From Tubiluchus corallicola (lineage: Eukaryota > Animalia > Priapulida), in contig JAQGDQ010000128.1 of NCBI GenBank assembly GCA_030141605.1, positions 529,018 to 566,795 on the forward strand: DNA of 37,778 nucleotides. The letters run 5' to 3'. Shown here piece after piece: positions 1 through 13,563 of the stretch. The translations under genes and the position numbers were made by a program. Numbering within the stretch: position 1 is the first letter of the stretch; every line of letters begins with the position of its first letter. Below the pieces are notes generated by a model that ran no database searches, had not been told where the DNA came from, and saw nothing but the letters and a program-made list of their open reading frames with translations.

Positions 1-3000
1 GTTTATTCATTTTCCACATTGCATCTTACAATTAGCATTAAAATACAGATAATTTTCCATTTGAGTAAATATAAATATAAATATGAATAAATGCAGTATT
101 ATCAAGAAATTACAGAATGCGGGATATACATGTGCAAATTTCATTACAGAACAATTTTTTGATGCATACAGTTTGAGCCTAAAAGCATAGCTTGACAGGC
201 CAAACTGTATGTGGAAAACTTAAAAAAAATGGGGGGGGGGTAGTGAATGAAAGATGAAATGGAGCGAGAACTAAGGAAAACTGTGATCATGGTTACAAAG
301 TGTTCAGTATCCTGTTAAACATAGTCACGTTATATTAAGATTACTGTAGCAAAAAATGCAGGTTATTACCATTATCAAATTGTGTTACTCTTCAATACTT
401 TTGAAATATTTCTTTTCTGACGGTTTTTTTAAAAGTTAAAAGGGAGTGACTACATTTCGAATTGCGGCTTAGTCTGTTCCATAGGACTGGTCCCATATAG
501 CTAATGAAGTGTTTCGCCATGTTTGTTCTACAACGTCTTGGTATATATTCATTATGTCTGGTATTGTATTTTTTTACATTTATCTTGACTGGATTTTCAA
601 AAAAAGTTGGAAATAAGTTGTTGTTGGTTCTATACATGTATATACATCCATTAAAATTAATAACATCATCCAGAAGTAATATTTGACATTGCTTAAAATG
701 TGTAGTAGTAATTGTGCTCCTTTTGTCTAGTTTGAAGATGACACGTAAAAATTTTCGTTGTAAAACTCTTAAGCATTCTAAATTTGTAGTATAAGTAAAG
801 CCCCATAATGTTGTGCAGTAATTTAAATATGATAATATTAAACTGTTGTATAATGTTAGAAGATGTTCGGTGTTCAGAAAGTTTTTAATATATGAGATGA
901 TACCTATATTTTTTGATATTTTTAATCTGATCATGAATATATGTGGTCACCAGTCTAGATGCTCATTCAGTATTAATCCCAGAAATTTCAGTTCTTTTAC
1001 ACGTGTAATTCTTTTGTGGTCTATTATTAAATCGTGGTTTGCCTGAATTGGTTTATTTCGGGATCTAAACAGAATGTATTTTGTTTTTGATGAATTTAGT
1101 GAAAGTTTATTTGTTTTGAACCATATAGCTAGATCATGTAGAACTGTATTTATGTAGTCAATATTGGTTTCTATTTTATGAAAGCTAAAAAAAATGCTTG
1201 TATCATCAGCAAACTGAAATAAATTGTGATTTTTAACAGAAAATTTGATGTCATTAATATAAATTAGAAAAAGTAGTGGCCCAAGGACTGAGCCTTGGGG
1301 CACGCCACATTTGATTGGTGCTACATCTGAAAAAGCGTTATTGTATTTTACTGTCTGAGTGCGCCCTGTTAAATAATTCTTTAGCCACATATGAGGCAAA
1401 CCTCTGATACCGTAATAGTACAACTTATTTAGCAGAATGTCATGGTTTACTGTATCAAATGCTTTTGATAGGTCGCAAAATACTCCGTAGGATGTGCCAT
1501 TTTTTTCAACAGTATTAATGATATTTTCTATAATTTTTGTTAAGGCCATTTCAGTGGAGCTACCTTTTCTGAAGCCAAATTGTTTATTACTCAGAATTCT
1601 TTTTTTATTAAATAATGAGATAACTGATTGTAAAAAACTTTTTCTAATATTTTTGATATAAAAGGCAATAAGGACACTGGTCTATAATTGTTCAGAGACA
1701 TGGGATCATCTGATTTAAACAAAGGAACAATAATTGATTCTTTCAATTTCGTTGGTATTTCACCTGTAAGAAAAGATAAATTAATTAAATATTGCAAAGG
1801 TTTACAGATGTAGTCAATGGTGTCTATTACGACTTTAGGTAACATTTTGTCCTTACCAGGAGCTTTATTCCGATTAAACGATTTACAAGTATTTATTGTA
1901 TCATTTTCTGTTACTGCACTAATAAAAAAGCTTTGTCGGTAGGTACCTTTAAGATATGTACATGGATTTATGTTTGTGTTTTCAATTTGTTCTGATAATA
2001 TTGGTCCAATATTGGAAAAGTAATCGTTAAAAGCATTTGCCACCTCTACATTATTTTTAATTAATTTATTGTTTATGAACAACGTAATGGGTCGATTTTG
2101 TCTTTCTTTATGCATAATTTCTTTCATTGTATTCCATGTCTTTTTTATGTTATCTTTAACTGTCATCAATCTATCCCTATAATACTGACATTTTGATGCT
2201 TTTATAACTGTATTAAGTTCATTTCTATATCGTTTGTATTCTACTTCAGATACGTCATTATTTGCCTTGTTCACCAGAGAACGATACATTTTATTTTTCC
2301 GCTTAACACTTACTAAAATTGCTGTAGTGATCCAAGGTTTTTTTGCTGCTGGATGATTGTTATTGCTTTTCTGTAGTTTAATATGTTTGTTATAGATATC
2401 AGAAAGCTTAGTATGAAATAAATTGTATGCGTCTTCGGTATTAGTTGCAGAATATAAATCTGACCAGTCACATTGATTTAAATCTTGGATAATTTTGTTT
2501 TTTATATGAACATTATAAATATGTTTGTGCACGTATTCCTTACTGTATGTTTCAATTTTGAGATCAATAATTAAAAAAATTGGGAGGTGATCTGTTATAT
2601 CTGTTAGAAAAATACCTGATTTATACTTATAATCTAGTGCATTAGTAAATATATTATCAATTAGTGTTGCTGAATAAGGCGTAATTCTTGTTGGTCTTGT
2701 AACAGTAGGAAACAGATAATTGGTCAGCATTGTGTCTAAAAAGTGTCCGGTTTCGTTGTGAGAAGCGTGGTTTATTAAATTTATATTATAGTCTCCTAGT
2801 AAGAAAATATGTTTGTTTTGTCTATTAACAATTGCCATAGTGTTCTGTATTTTGTCTGTAAAATGGTTAGGATTTTCACCAGGTGGTCTATATATTACTC
2901 CCATTATTGTATTTTTATTCTTGCTGCGTAATTCAATAAAAAGTGATTCTATGTCTGGATCATTGATGTGGCATAGGTCTTTTCTCACTGTATAAGGTAT

Positions 3001-3518
3001 GTCTTTCCTTATAAGCAAGCCGACTCCACCACCAGATTTGTGTTCACGATTTATACATTCAAATTCATATCCAGGCAGGGAAATGGTTACTCCTGAATCA
3101 TCTTGGAGCCATGTTTCTGATAAGGCAATAATTGAAAAACTTATAGTTAATGATTCTAAATATACATTTAAATAATCAAAATTAGCTTTTAGGCTATGAA
3201 TATTAACATGGATCATAGACAGTGGTGTATTGAAATCAGTGTTACTGTACAAAGATGTGAACTGATCTTCATCATAGTAATTGCTTTTTGGTATTAAGTT
3301 TGGTGTATTAAAAAAATTTAAATCAGGATCTGCCATATTCGTGATATTATTGCTATCATCTGATTCAGTGCAAAAGAGATTTAAATTATAATCGCACAAG
3401 ATAGAACCAATATTTGAAAAACGTGCAATATGTTTAAATTCTTCATCATCTGGTATATTATTAAATGGGAAAATAGACTGTAGACAAAGATGGCAAAACC
3501 ATTCATTAACATAGAGTA
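1..3518 (-). mobile_element. CR1/L2-group (Crack/Daphne-like) LINE, 5'-truncated; 3' end at or just beyond the window edge
   Basis: ORF2 remnant at 392-3518 followed by an AT-rich 3' UTR (1-391). The UTR has a stem-loop (CATACAGTTTG...CAAACTGTATG, ~165-211) and an AATAAA on the minus strand near position 1-10. Confidence 0.92.
392..3518 (-). pseudogene. LINE ORF2 (PHD-finger tail, apurinic-like endonuclease, reverse transcriptase), disrupted
   Basis: APE motifs IALSETWL, GGGVGL, IYRPP, LGDYNIN, TLIDNIF, TDHLPI. RT motifs YRPVSLL, QFGFR (1560-1585, between track ORFs), DLSKAFDTV, GVPQGSVLGPLLFLIYIND, FADDT, KFLG. C-terminus GPVLWNRL...FKK. Frameshift at the A-run near 1600; in-frame TGA at 947-949. 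The frame stays open upstream of 3399 as YVNEWFCHLCLQSIFPFNNI. Confidence 0.95.
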
Positions 3519-3749
3519 GTTTACTCCTCTACACATGGCTGTTGGGTCACTTCACCTCCTCCGCCCTCTAGCCGTTGGCTGCTTGTGCAGTTCCTCCGCC
3601 TAGTGTCGAGATACAGTGTGGGCATCCGGCAAGCCTACAGCACCTGGTATTCCTAGGCGATCACCCATCCAAGTACTAACCAGGCTCTACGTTGCTTAAC
3701 TTCGGTGATCAAACGAGAACCGGTGTTTTCAACTTGACATGGCCGTAGT
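3519..3749 (-). mobile_element. 5S rRNA-derived SINE, 5' half only (5S head ~3631-3749 plus ~110 nt of body)
   Basis: Reverse complement aligns with 29281-29508. Similarity stops at GAGTAAAC, where the LINE ORF2 remnant begins. Confidence 0.9.
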
Positions 3750-3957
3750 TTCTAAATTATACAAGTTTATAAAATGATGAAATTATAAAAACATTTTAAT
3801 CAATGTCAGACATGATTTTTGCTGATTTTTAGCGTGGGTTACCTTTCCACCTCTGTGCACAGTACCAGTGCCTCCGCAATGTGAAAGGTGCAGTCAAGCC
3901 ATGAAACACAACAAAGTATGACAACTTCTGATAATCAGCTTTTGTAATGAATTACTT

Positions 3958-4422
3958 ACTTTAATTAGTTTAAACGTAATTTATTTAGGATTGGATCAGA
4001 CAGTTTGTACAACATGATTTAAGATCCTCACCACCACAGACTTTATACACTATTTACAAGAACATTTACAGTAAGAATACACTATACTTAGTTTTTAGTA
4101 TACTGTAGTATACTAAAGTTTTGCTACAGTGATACATTAGACATTAGTAAAAAATGACGGTTAGAAAATATTAATGTACGAATATTTAAGACTGATGCAT
4201 TTTATATCAGATAGAAACTGCTGGAAGCGTTTAGTACGTAACATAAAGTCATGTATACATTGGAATATTTTACAGTTAGTAACATAGTTAAATTCATCTT
4301 TTCCGAATAATAACATCTTCAACAGATCATTAGTTCCTAAGGCAGCTATATTAAGGTTTTCGGGCAGGAGCATTTCATTTAATTTATCAAACATAAATTA
4401 ATGTTTGATAAACATAAGAGAG
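3958..4422 (-). mobile_element. CR1-type LINE 3' fragment, copy 1
   Basis: Encodes LLFGKDEFNYVTNCKIFQCIHDFMLRTKRF, matching the CR1-like ORF2 C-terminal pattern LLxG...N..IF...F...TKRF. TSD AATGAATTACTT at 3946-3957 and 4423-4434. Siblings at 13564 and 18225. Confidence 0.85.
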
Positions 4423-4476
4423 AATGAATTACTTTACACAGTAAGCCTATAATATATAGTTCATAATTTTTATTAA

Positions 4477-5011
4477 AGGAAAAGAATCCCATTTTAAACT
4501 ATAGCTTAAAACAATCTACCCCATCAAATTTTGAAAGAGAAGGGTATTTTATTTTTTCAAAAATAACTTACCTGCAGGAATTATTATCGCAGAAACGTAA
4601 TTTAACATTCACGTGGCTAGTTCTTCGTAGTTACATGCAAGTTACAAGGGTACGAGGGCCTGCTTCTCGGAAACGTGCTGTCAGTTCAGGTGTGTTCAGT
4701 TGTGACGTAGTGCACACGTTCAAGAGCTCATGCATGAGCACAGCAGTAAATTTAAAATTTGCCGAGTTTTTGTATATCACATTGAATCTCGTACAATAGC
4801 ACTGTACTTCATTTTCCGCTTTCACAGACACGTTCAACACGCTCATGGAATGTTTGTGCTGTTGAAAATTACGTTTAGTTGTGATTTGATAAAGTTTTCA
4901 ACCATTTATTAAGTCATCAGAAATGCATTGGCATTATCATAGATGTTAAAATGTAAACTTTTTACAGTACTTCAGAATGGGACAGGATATGAAAATTCAC
5001 CATGTTTTCCT
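4477..5011. mobile_element. Dispersed non-coding repeat, possibly a Kolobok-like MITE
   Basis: 4580-4980 aligns in inverted orientation to ~17720-18190. Ends TTAA|AGGAAAA ... TTTTCCT|TTTA suggest short TIRs. Superfamily uncertain. Confidence 0.55.
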
Positions 5012-5248
5012 TTTATTAACACAGCATAGCTTAGAAATACAACACAACAACACAGCTTAGAAATACACAAGAATATGTAATTATGAATTGAATATTATGT
5101 ACAAGCATGTGATTTTAGGATAGGCACTTGTTCGAAATGTTTCTGAAGGACACTACTGTAGATTGTAGAAAATCAGAAGCTAATTGTGTCCTACAGGTGT
5201 ACATTTACATTGTACTTTTTATTAAACAATAAATACATTGTTTCCCCT

Positions 5249-5739
<491 letters not shown>

Positions 5740-6102
5740 GGCAGGTGGGCATGACTACCCTCGTTTTACATGCGCCACTTTCACCGTTGTATATTTAGCT
5801 GCAAACATGCAAGAAGCAAATAAATTACAATAATACATTTGCACTGCTGTTCAAACGTTAGTGTGCCAATTACAGTCTAGTTCTGCTCTTACTTACTGAT
5901 CATTATTTATAGCAGAATGCTGTATCGTTTAATAATTACAAGTAGCGTTCCTCTAGAAGCACGTTGTAAAGGCACTTTGTCTGCTTGATAACAACAAATA
6001 GACGTCATTAGCCATTAGCATACAACAAATGATTAGTTGGAAAAGTGGCTTTGCGTGTATTTCAGCTTCAATTTTAATCCACCGTTATATATCTTTTGAA
6101 CG

Positions 6103-6725
<623 letters not shown>

Positions 6726-7430
6726 CGGAGTGACGCACCGAGAGAGATTGTGTTCTTGGATGTATGTGAACGCCTCATCACGTTGGACAAGACGCACATT
6801 CTGCAGGTTGTGGACTTACTGTCGCCATACTGTGGCGCCAAATACATGTGAACATACCTTTAGCAATTACTGCGGGTAAGCAACAGTCTATAAGCAATAT
6901 GACGTGTGTCACAAAAGCAAAGTGTGACGATGTCTTTTAATCGTTGGTCGCTTGGTCTGCGAAGTTGAGCCATCGTGTTCAGAATGCAAGCTGTGCCGTC
7001 TCTGGTGATGCTGATGGTGATGATAACGATGATGTTGATGATACTGGCCTTCAGATCTAGTTGAAGAAAATCGCTCTAATCTCTTGTTGTTGCTGTAAAA
7101 ATACAATTATCGGTTGAATGTAATTGTTGCGTACGCATTTGATAGGGTGGCAACGCACTAGGTCTAATGAAGTCGTTCCAGGCAAAGATTTTAAACTTGG
7201 AAATAGGAAACGGTGAAAACTTCAGCGGAATTTCAAGAATGACTAAGATTTTTGAATGAATTTAATTCTCTGCGCCGCGTTATTTATTGATTTTAAATTT
7301 TGTATCTATTTTTTTATTATGCATGTATGTTTTTGTATATATTAATAGTTCTTCTAATAGTGCATGTCATCTGTAGTCTCTCTTTGTTTTTAATGTTCTT
7401 TTTAACTACATCAGTATTCTTTACTAGAAG

Positions 7431-7538
7431 CAGGACCTATTTCAGGGAGGGGGGGGGGAAGTGGGGATACTCACTCACCCTCCAGAGGAGCGCCGAGGTA
7501 ACATTTTTTGCTTTATGCGAACATACTACCTCCTCTCT

Positions 7539-7611
<73 letters not shown>

Positions 7612-7732
7612 CTTACTCTCTCTCTCTCTTGCTTACTCTCTCTCTCTCTCTTGCTCTCTCCCCCTCTTCCTCTCTTACTCCCACCTCTCTTAATTGCTCT
7701 CTCTTTCTCTCTCCCTCTCTTGTTCTCTCTCT

Positions 7733-7815
<83 letters not shown>

Positions 7816-8272
7816 TTTCCCTCTCTCTCTCTCTCTCTCTCTCTCCTCTCTCTCTTACCGCATGCGCGCCGTTAGCCTTGTGCGGCTCGATGCGATGTTC
7901 AGCTGTTTCGTATGAATGTGGATGTAGCAAGAGGCCGTGATGTTAACGAGTTAATTGATAACTTTGGGAAACAAAAAGTCAGAAGATGGCTTATACAGAA
8001 GTGAGAGTACGGTATTACATATTGCAAAGATGTTGTTTTTCATTTGACTGTTTGACAAGTATTAAGGACTGGTCTTGAGAATAAAGCAGTTTTTCTTTCA
8101 ATTCTTCTTTCCTTTAAAAACTGTATAACTCCATATTTTCTCTTCGAAAATGCTTCTCCGGCGTTCTAGCAGTTCAAAAATTTTATCAGTGCCAACCATG
8201 GTGGCGCCCGCCCCCCAGGGGGCTTCACACGCCCCACTTCCCTGGGCCTCGCTTAGGCTGAAATAGGCCTTG
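7431..8272. mobile_element. hAT-type non-autonomous DNA transposon (MITE)
   Basis: TIRs CAGGACCTATTTCAG / CTGAAATAGGCCTTG. Perfect 8-bp TSD ACTAGAAG at 7423-7430 and 8273-8280. Confidence 0.85.
7531..7855. repeat. (CT)n microsatellite inside the hAT element
   Basis: Directly visible, interrupted. Confidence 0.97.
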
Positions 8273-8842
8273 ACTAGAAGATCCTCCTTTCATTGCCTTT
8301 TACCAATTCCACTCTCTCAAAATTCTAGGCCACGGAGAACTGCCCCGCTCCACATTGGATAGGGTGGAAAAGTACAAAATTCTAACTGTTTGAAGATTCT
8401 ACTAAAATCGGCTCGCGAACGAGCCTCGCGCTGTCGGGTTGTTTATTGCAAATCGCGTTTATAGTTTATATTTCCCTCTTTTGTACAAAGAGCAACTTTC
8501 GCCACGTGCAATGCAGTTTTACTGCTGATTGACAGAACACAGAAAGATGGAATTATACATAAAAGTTAGGACTAGATCCATGTGCAGTACGATTTAATGT
8601 ACTCAAGGATTATTGGCATCTGCACCGATCATCCTATTGAAGAGGCCAACCGGCGCCTTACATTAGTTTGTTGTGACCTTGAATTCAACTGTATTTGCAG
8701 TGACCTTGAATTCAACTGTTTGACTTTTGTTGCTGTGTATTTTTATTATGAGCATTTACCGTTTACGCCAGGAGCCGCATAAGACAGTGATACTTCTTCT
8801 CCGAACCCTTTCTCCTTTGTCGCTGCTACGACATCTCTCCAG

Positions 8843-10332
8843 CTCTTTCAGGCTCCTGTGCTTGATATCACTGCTCTCTCAGGCTCCTGTGCTTGATATC
8901 ACCGCTCTCTCAGACTCCTGTGCTTGATATCACCACTCTCTCAGGCTCCTGTGCTTGATATCACCACTCTCTCAGGCTCCTGTGCTTGATATCACTACTC
9001 TCTCAGGCTCCTGTGCTTGATATCACCGCTCTCTCAGGCTAATGTGCTTGATATCACTGCTCTCTCAGGCTAATGTGCTTGATATCACCACTCTCTCAAG
9101 CTCCTGTGGTTGATATCACCACTCTCTCAGACTCCTGTGCTTGATATCACCGCTCTCTCAGGCTCCTGCACTTGATATCACCACTCTCTCAGGCTCCTGT
9201 ACTTGATATCACCACTCTCTCAGGCTCCTGTACTTGATATCACCGCTCTCTCAGACTCCTGCGCTTGATATCACCACTCTCTCAGGCTCCTGTACTTGAT
9301 ATCACCGCTCTCTCAGGCTCCTGTGCTTGATATCACTACTCTCTCAGACTCCTGCGCTTGATATCACTGCTCTCTCAGGCTCCTGTGCTTGATATCACCG
9401 CTCTCTCAGGCTCCTGCACTTGATATCACCACTCTCTCAGGCTCCTGTACTTGATATCACCACTCTCTCAGGCTCCTGTACTTGATATCACCGCTCTCTC
9501 AGACTCCTGCGCTTGATATCACTGCTCTCTCAGGCTCCTGTGCTTGATATCACCGCTCTCTCAGGCTCCTGTGCTTGATATCACCGCTCTCTCAGGCTCC
9601 TGTGCTTGATATCACCGCTCTCTCAGGCTCCTGCACTTGATATCACCACTCTCTCAGGCTCCTGTACTTGATATCACCACTCTCTCAGGCTCCTGTACTT
9701 GATATCACCGCTCTCTCAGACTCCTGCGCTTGATATCACCACTCTCTCAGGCTCCTGTACTTGATATCACCGCTCTCTCAGGCTCCTGTGCTTGATATCA
9801 CTACTCTCTCAGACTCCTGCGCTTGATATCACTGCTCTCTCAGGCTCCTGTGCTTGATATCACCGCTCTCTCAGGCTCCTGTGCTTCATATCACTACTCT
9901 CTCAGGCTCCTGCACTTGATATCACCACTCTCTCAGGCTCCTGTACTTGATATCACCGCTCTCTCAGGCTCCTGTGCTTGATATCACCGCTCTCTCAGGC
10001 TCATGTGCTTGATATCACTGCTCTCTCAGGCTCCTGTACTTGATATCACCGCTCTCTCAGACTCCTGCGCTTGATATCACCACTCTCTCAGGCTCCTGTA
10101 CTTGATATCACCGCTCTCTCAGGCTCCTGTGCTTGATATCACTACTCTCTCAGGCTCCTGTACTTGATATCACCGCTCTCTCAGACTCCTGCGCTTGATA
10201 TCACTGCTCTCTCAGGCTCCTGTGCTTGATATCACCACTCTCTCAGGCTCCTGTGGTTGATATCACCGCTCTCTCAGGCTCCTGTGCTTGATATCACCAC
10301 TCTCTCAGGCTCCTGTGGTTGACATCACCGCT
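8843..10332. repeat. 31-bp minisatellite, ~48 copies (CTCTCTCAGGCTCCTGTGCTTGATATCACCG)
   Basis: GATATC recurs every 31 bp (8864, 8895, ...). No spacers. Confidence 0.98.
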
Positions 10333-10505
10333 GTATATAATGGCGGAACTTAACTGTTTAAAAAACGTATAATTTTGAATTCCCACACAGTATTTTGCGT
10401 GCAAGAAAAACGATTTATTTATTCCCAACTGGCATTTAACTTAAAGCTATAGCAACGGAAACTTAATTAAAATTGAAAATTAATTTAAAATTAGAATTTA
10501 ATTAA

Positions 10506-10958
10506 CCCTTTCATACACGTTGTATCCCGTGGGCTACGAGAATATTTTCTGCCTTTAAAATTAATAAAATTTTAAAACTGACAGTTATTTGATCTGTTAA
10601 TAGTTATTTTTATTTAAGCCAATAACAATAGACTAAAAATGGTGATAAACTAGAAAATCTACATAGCATAAAAAACTGCTCAAGGTACAGTACTTTAGAG
10701 ATGACTTTGTACAGATCAGCATAGCATGCATAACTGAATGTCTTAAATACTTTAAAAAATTATCAGCAGTTGCAAAATGAAGCACATTTTATGCTTCCAT
10801 TGAATCCCAATGTATCCCGTGGGATACAGGCTATATTTAGCACGCGGGCACAGGTAGAAAAAAATCATTTATGCAGAAAAAAACAAGATGGACATACTGA
10901 ACAAAAGCACCAAGCCAAAAAATTTTTCTTATTAAAAAATAATTTGGGACTGAAAGGG
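10506..10958. mobile_element. piggyBac-type MITE, copy 1
   Basis: TTAA|CCCTTTCA...TGAAAGGG|TTAA. Internal palindrome TGTATCCCGTGGGATACA. Closely similar copy at 25808-26261. Confidence 0.9.
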
Positions 10959-11371
10959 TTAAGTATTTATTAGCTGTTAGGAATGAAAAGATTCGATGAA
11001 AAGATCCGATCATGACGCACGGGCCTACCTAATTAGGGCAATGCGCCGTCATTACATGCGTTGGCTAATACTTTTACACTGACTTGTGCTAATTTTACTA
11101 ATTTCGCTAATTAGATCTAATTTTACTAATTGTATAAGAGCTTGATGGTAATTACGCAAATGAGAAAAATGATTTTGGCAGAGAAAACTTCTGACGGTAA
11201 AAAATGTCCATCATTTAATATGTGGGCAATTAACCAAAGGAGCTGTGGCGCCTGAAATTTTCCTAATTTATTATTTTAACTAGTTCTATTACTTAATGTA
11301 TTAACTAGTTTCATTCCTTAGGAAATAGAAAAATAAAAAAATAAATAGGAAAAAAGTAAATTATTATTCGG

Positions 11372-11785
<414 letters not shown>

Positions 11786-11929
11786 GACGGTGAGGCCCTC
11801 GGCGGTTGCCTAGTTTGCCTATGCTTAAGGCCGGTCCTGAGTAGTGGTACCACCTAGAAAGCTTTCCAGCCTGGTCACCCATCCATTTCTTTTGTAAGCA
11901 CGTCACTACAGACAAACATGACTATTAGC

Positions 11930-12485
11930 CTTGTATGCAAGCATAAGTAGGTTGGAGAGTTTGAATGTAAAAAATGAATGAAAAGTTTTTAATGTGCAGT
12001 AATTGAGAGCATCTTAACTACACCTCTCAATGTTTGGTATGGCGCTGCCACGGAGGGAGATCGCAATGCTCTTGATCAGGTTGTTAAATCTGCTTCAAAA
12101 CTTTTAGGAATTGAAGAGCAATCGACGGCAACTAGGGTCGCAAAGATAGCGAAGGTTATTATGAAAGATGAATTTCATTCAGGTGATAAATGCTTTGAAA
12201 TGCCCCACCCCTCTGGTCGTAGATTCCGCTCAGTTAAAGCTAAAACCACAAGAACTTTAAATTCTTTCCATCCCGTTGCAATTTGCACCATCAACAGTAA
12301 ATTTCAGTAAATTTCCAATATTAATTCTCTATCTCGCCGTACAACTGATTGAATTATTTGTGTTAATCTCCTTGTTGTTTCCATAAGTTATTGCAGTGCG
12401 TAAAACCACATAAATTTCACAGTATGTATTATGCTATAATGACAATAAATTACTTTACTTACTTACTTTACTTTACTTACTTTTA
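11930..12485 (+). mobile_element. Rex1/Babar-type LINE 3' fragment
   Basis: 12002-12310 translates in one frame (no start codon, so absent from the track): IESILTTPLNVWYGAATEGDRNALDQVVKSASKLLG...PSGRRFRSVKAKTTRTLNSFHPVAI. This is the Rex1 RT C-terminal pattern. The 3' UTR ends GACAATAAA followed by a (TTAC)n tail. Confidence 0.85.
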
Positions 12486-12789
12486 CTCACTCACTCACTC
12501 ACTCACTCACTCACTCACTCACTCACTCACTCACTCACTCACTCACTCACTCACTCACTCACTCACTCACTCACTCACTCACTCACTCACTCACTCACTC
12601 ACTCACTCACTCACTCACCCACTCACTCACTCAGTCACTCACTCACTCACTCACTCACTGCCTCCCTTCCTCTCTTACTCACTCACTCACTCACTCACTC
12701 ACTCACTCACTCACTCACTCACTCACTCACTCACTCACTCACTCACTCACTCACTCACTCACTCACTCACTCACTCACTCACTCACTCA

Positions 12790-12826
<37 letters not shown>

Positions 12827-13131
12827 TCACTCACTCACTCACTCACTCACTCACTCACTCACTCACTCACTCACTCACTCACTCACTCACTCACTCACTC
12901 ACTCACTCACTCACTCACTCACTCACTCACTCACTCACTCACTCACTCACTCACTCACTCACTCACTCACTCACTCACTCACTCACTCACTCACTCACTC
13001 ACTCACTCACTCACTGACTGACTGACTGACTGACTGACTGACTGACTGACTGACTGACCTCCCTCCCTCCCTCCCTCCCTCCCTCCCTCACTCCCTCACT
13101 CCCTCACTCACTCACTCACTCACTCACTTAC
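12449..13131. repeat. Compound microsatellite (TTAC)n-(TCAC)n-(CT)n-(TCAC)n-(TGAC)n-(TCCC)n
   Basis: Directly visible. Confidence 0.99.
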
Positions 13132-13563
13132 TTTATAAAGTTCCTCAGTTATTTTCATAGAAGGTTAGGTCTACACTTATGACTGCATATAGAGTCTACT
13201 GCTCTAGGACAACGCGTCTTGGTGATGTTTGCGTGTAGGGACATGCTTATGTGAATAATCTCCCAGTTGCTCATGATGTCAGATGTCAACGTCTTGAGAC
13301 ACTGAGTGAGATTACTGAATAAGACGTTGTGCAATTGAGCGTTCAGTTGTAGACTAACCGTGCGGAGCACGATGCAAATGAAGCCAAGTTCGATACAATT
13401 CCACATTCATGTGCACAACCGACACGACCCCATCACTCTAATTAGCACAACTCGTTATCGACCTTTTCGTTTTAATTATGGCAGCCAAATCACAGCTACA
13501 GCCTACGTGTTGTTACATGTAGACCAAAGAACACTTTTCATGTTTCCATTTTTGGATACAATT

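Noticed and set aside
8843-10332. CRISPR array (31-bp repeat)
   Set aside because: Head-to-tail units with no unique spacers, no cas genes, eukaryotic context.
10770-10973. Duplicated small gene MQNEAHF... (also 26076-26342)
   Set aside because: Lies within the piggyBac-type MITE and reads through its TIR; TTG start.
13132-13406. Coding exon ending at the minus-strand GTAAGT donor at 13131
   Set aside because: All three frames have stops within ~40 nt of the donor; the donor is also just the microsatellite edge.
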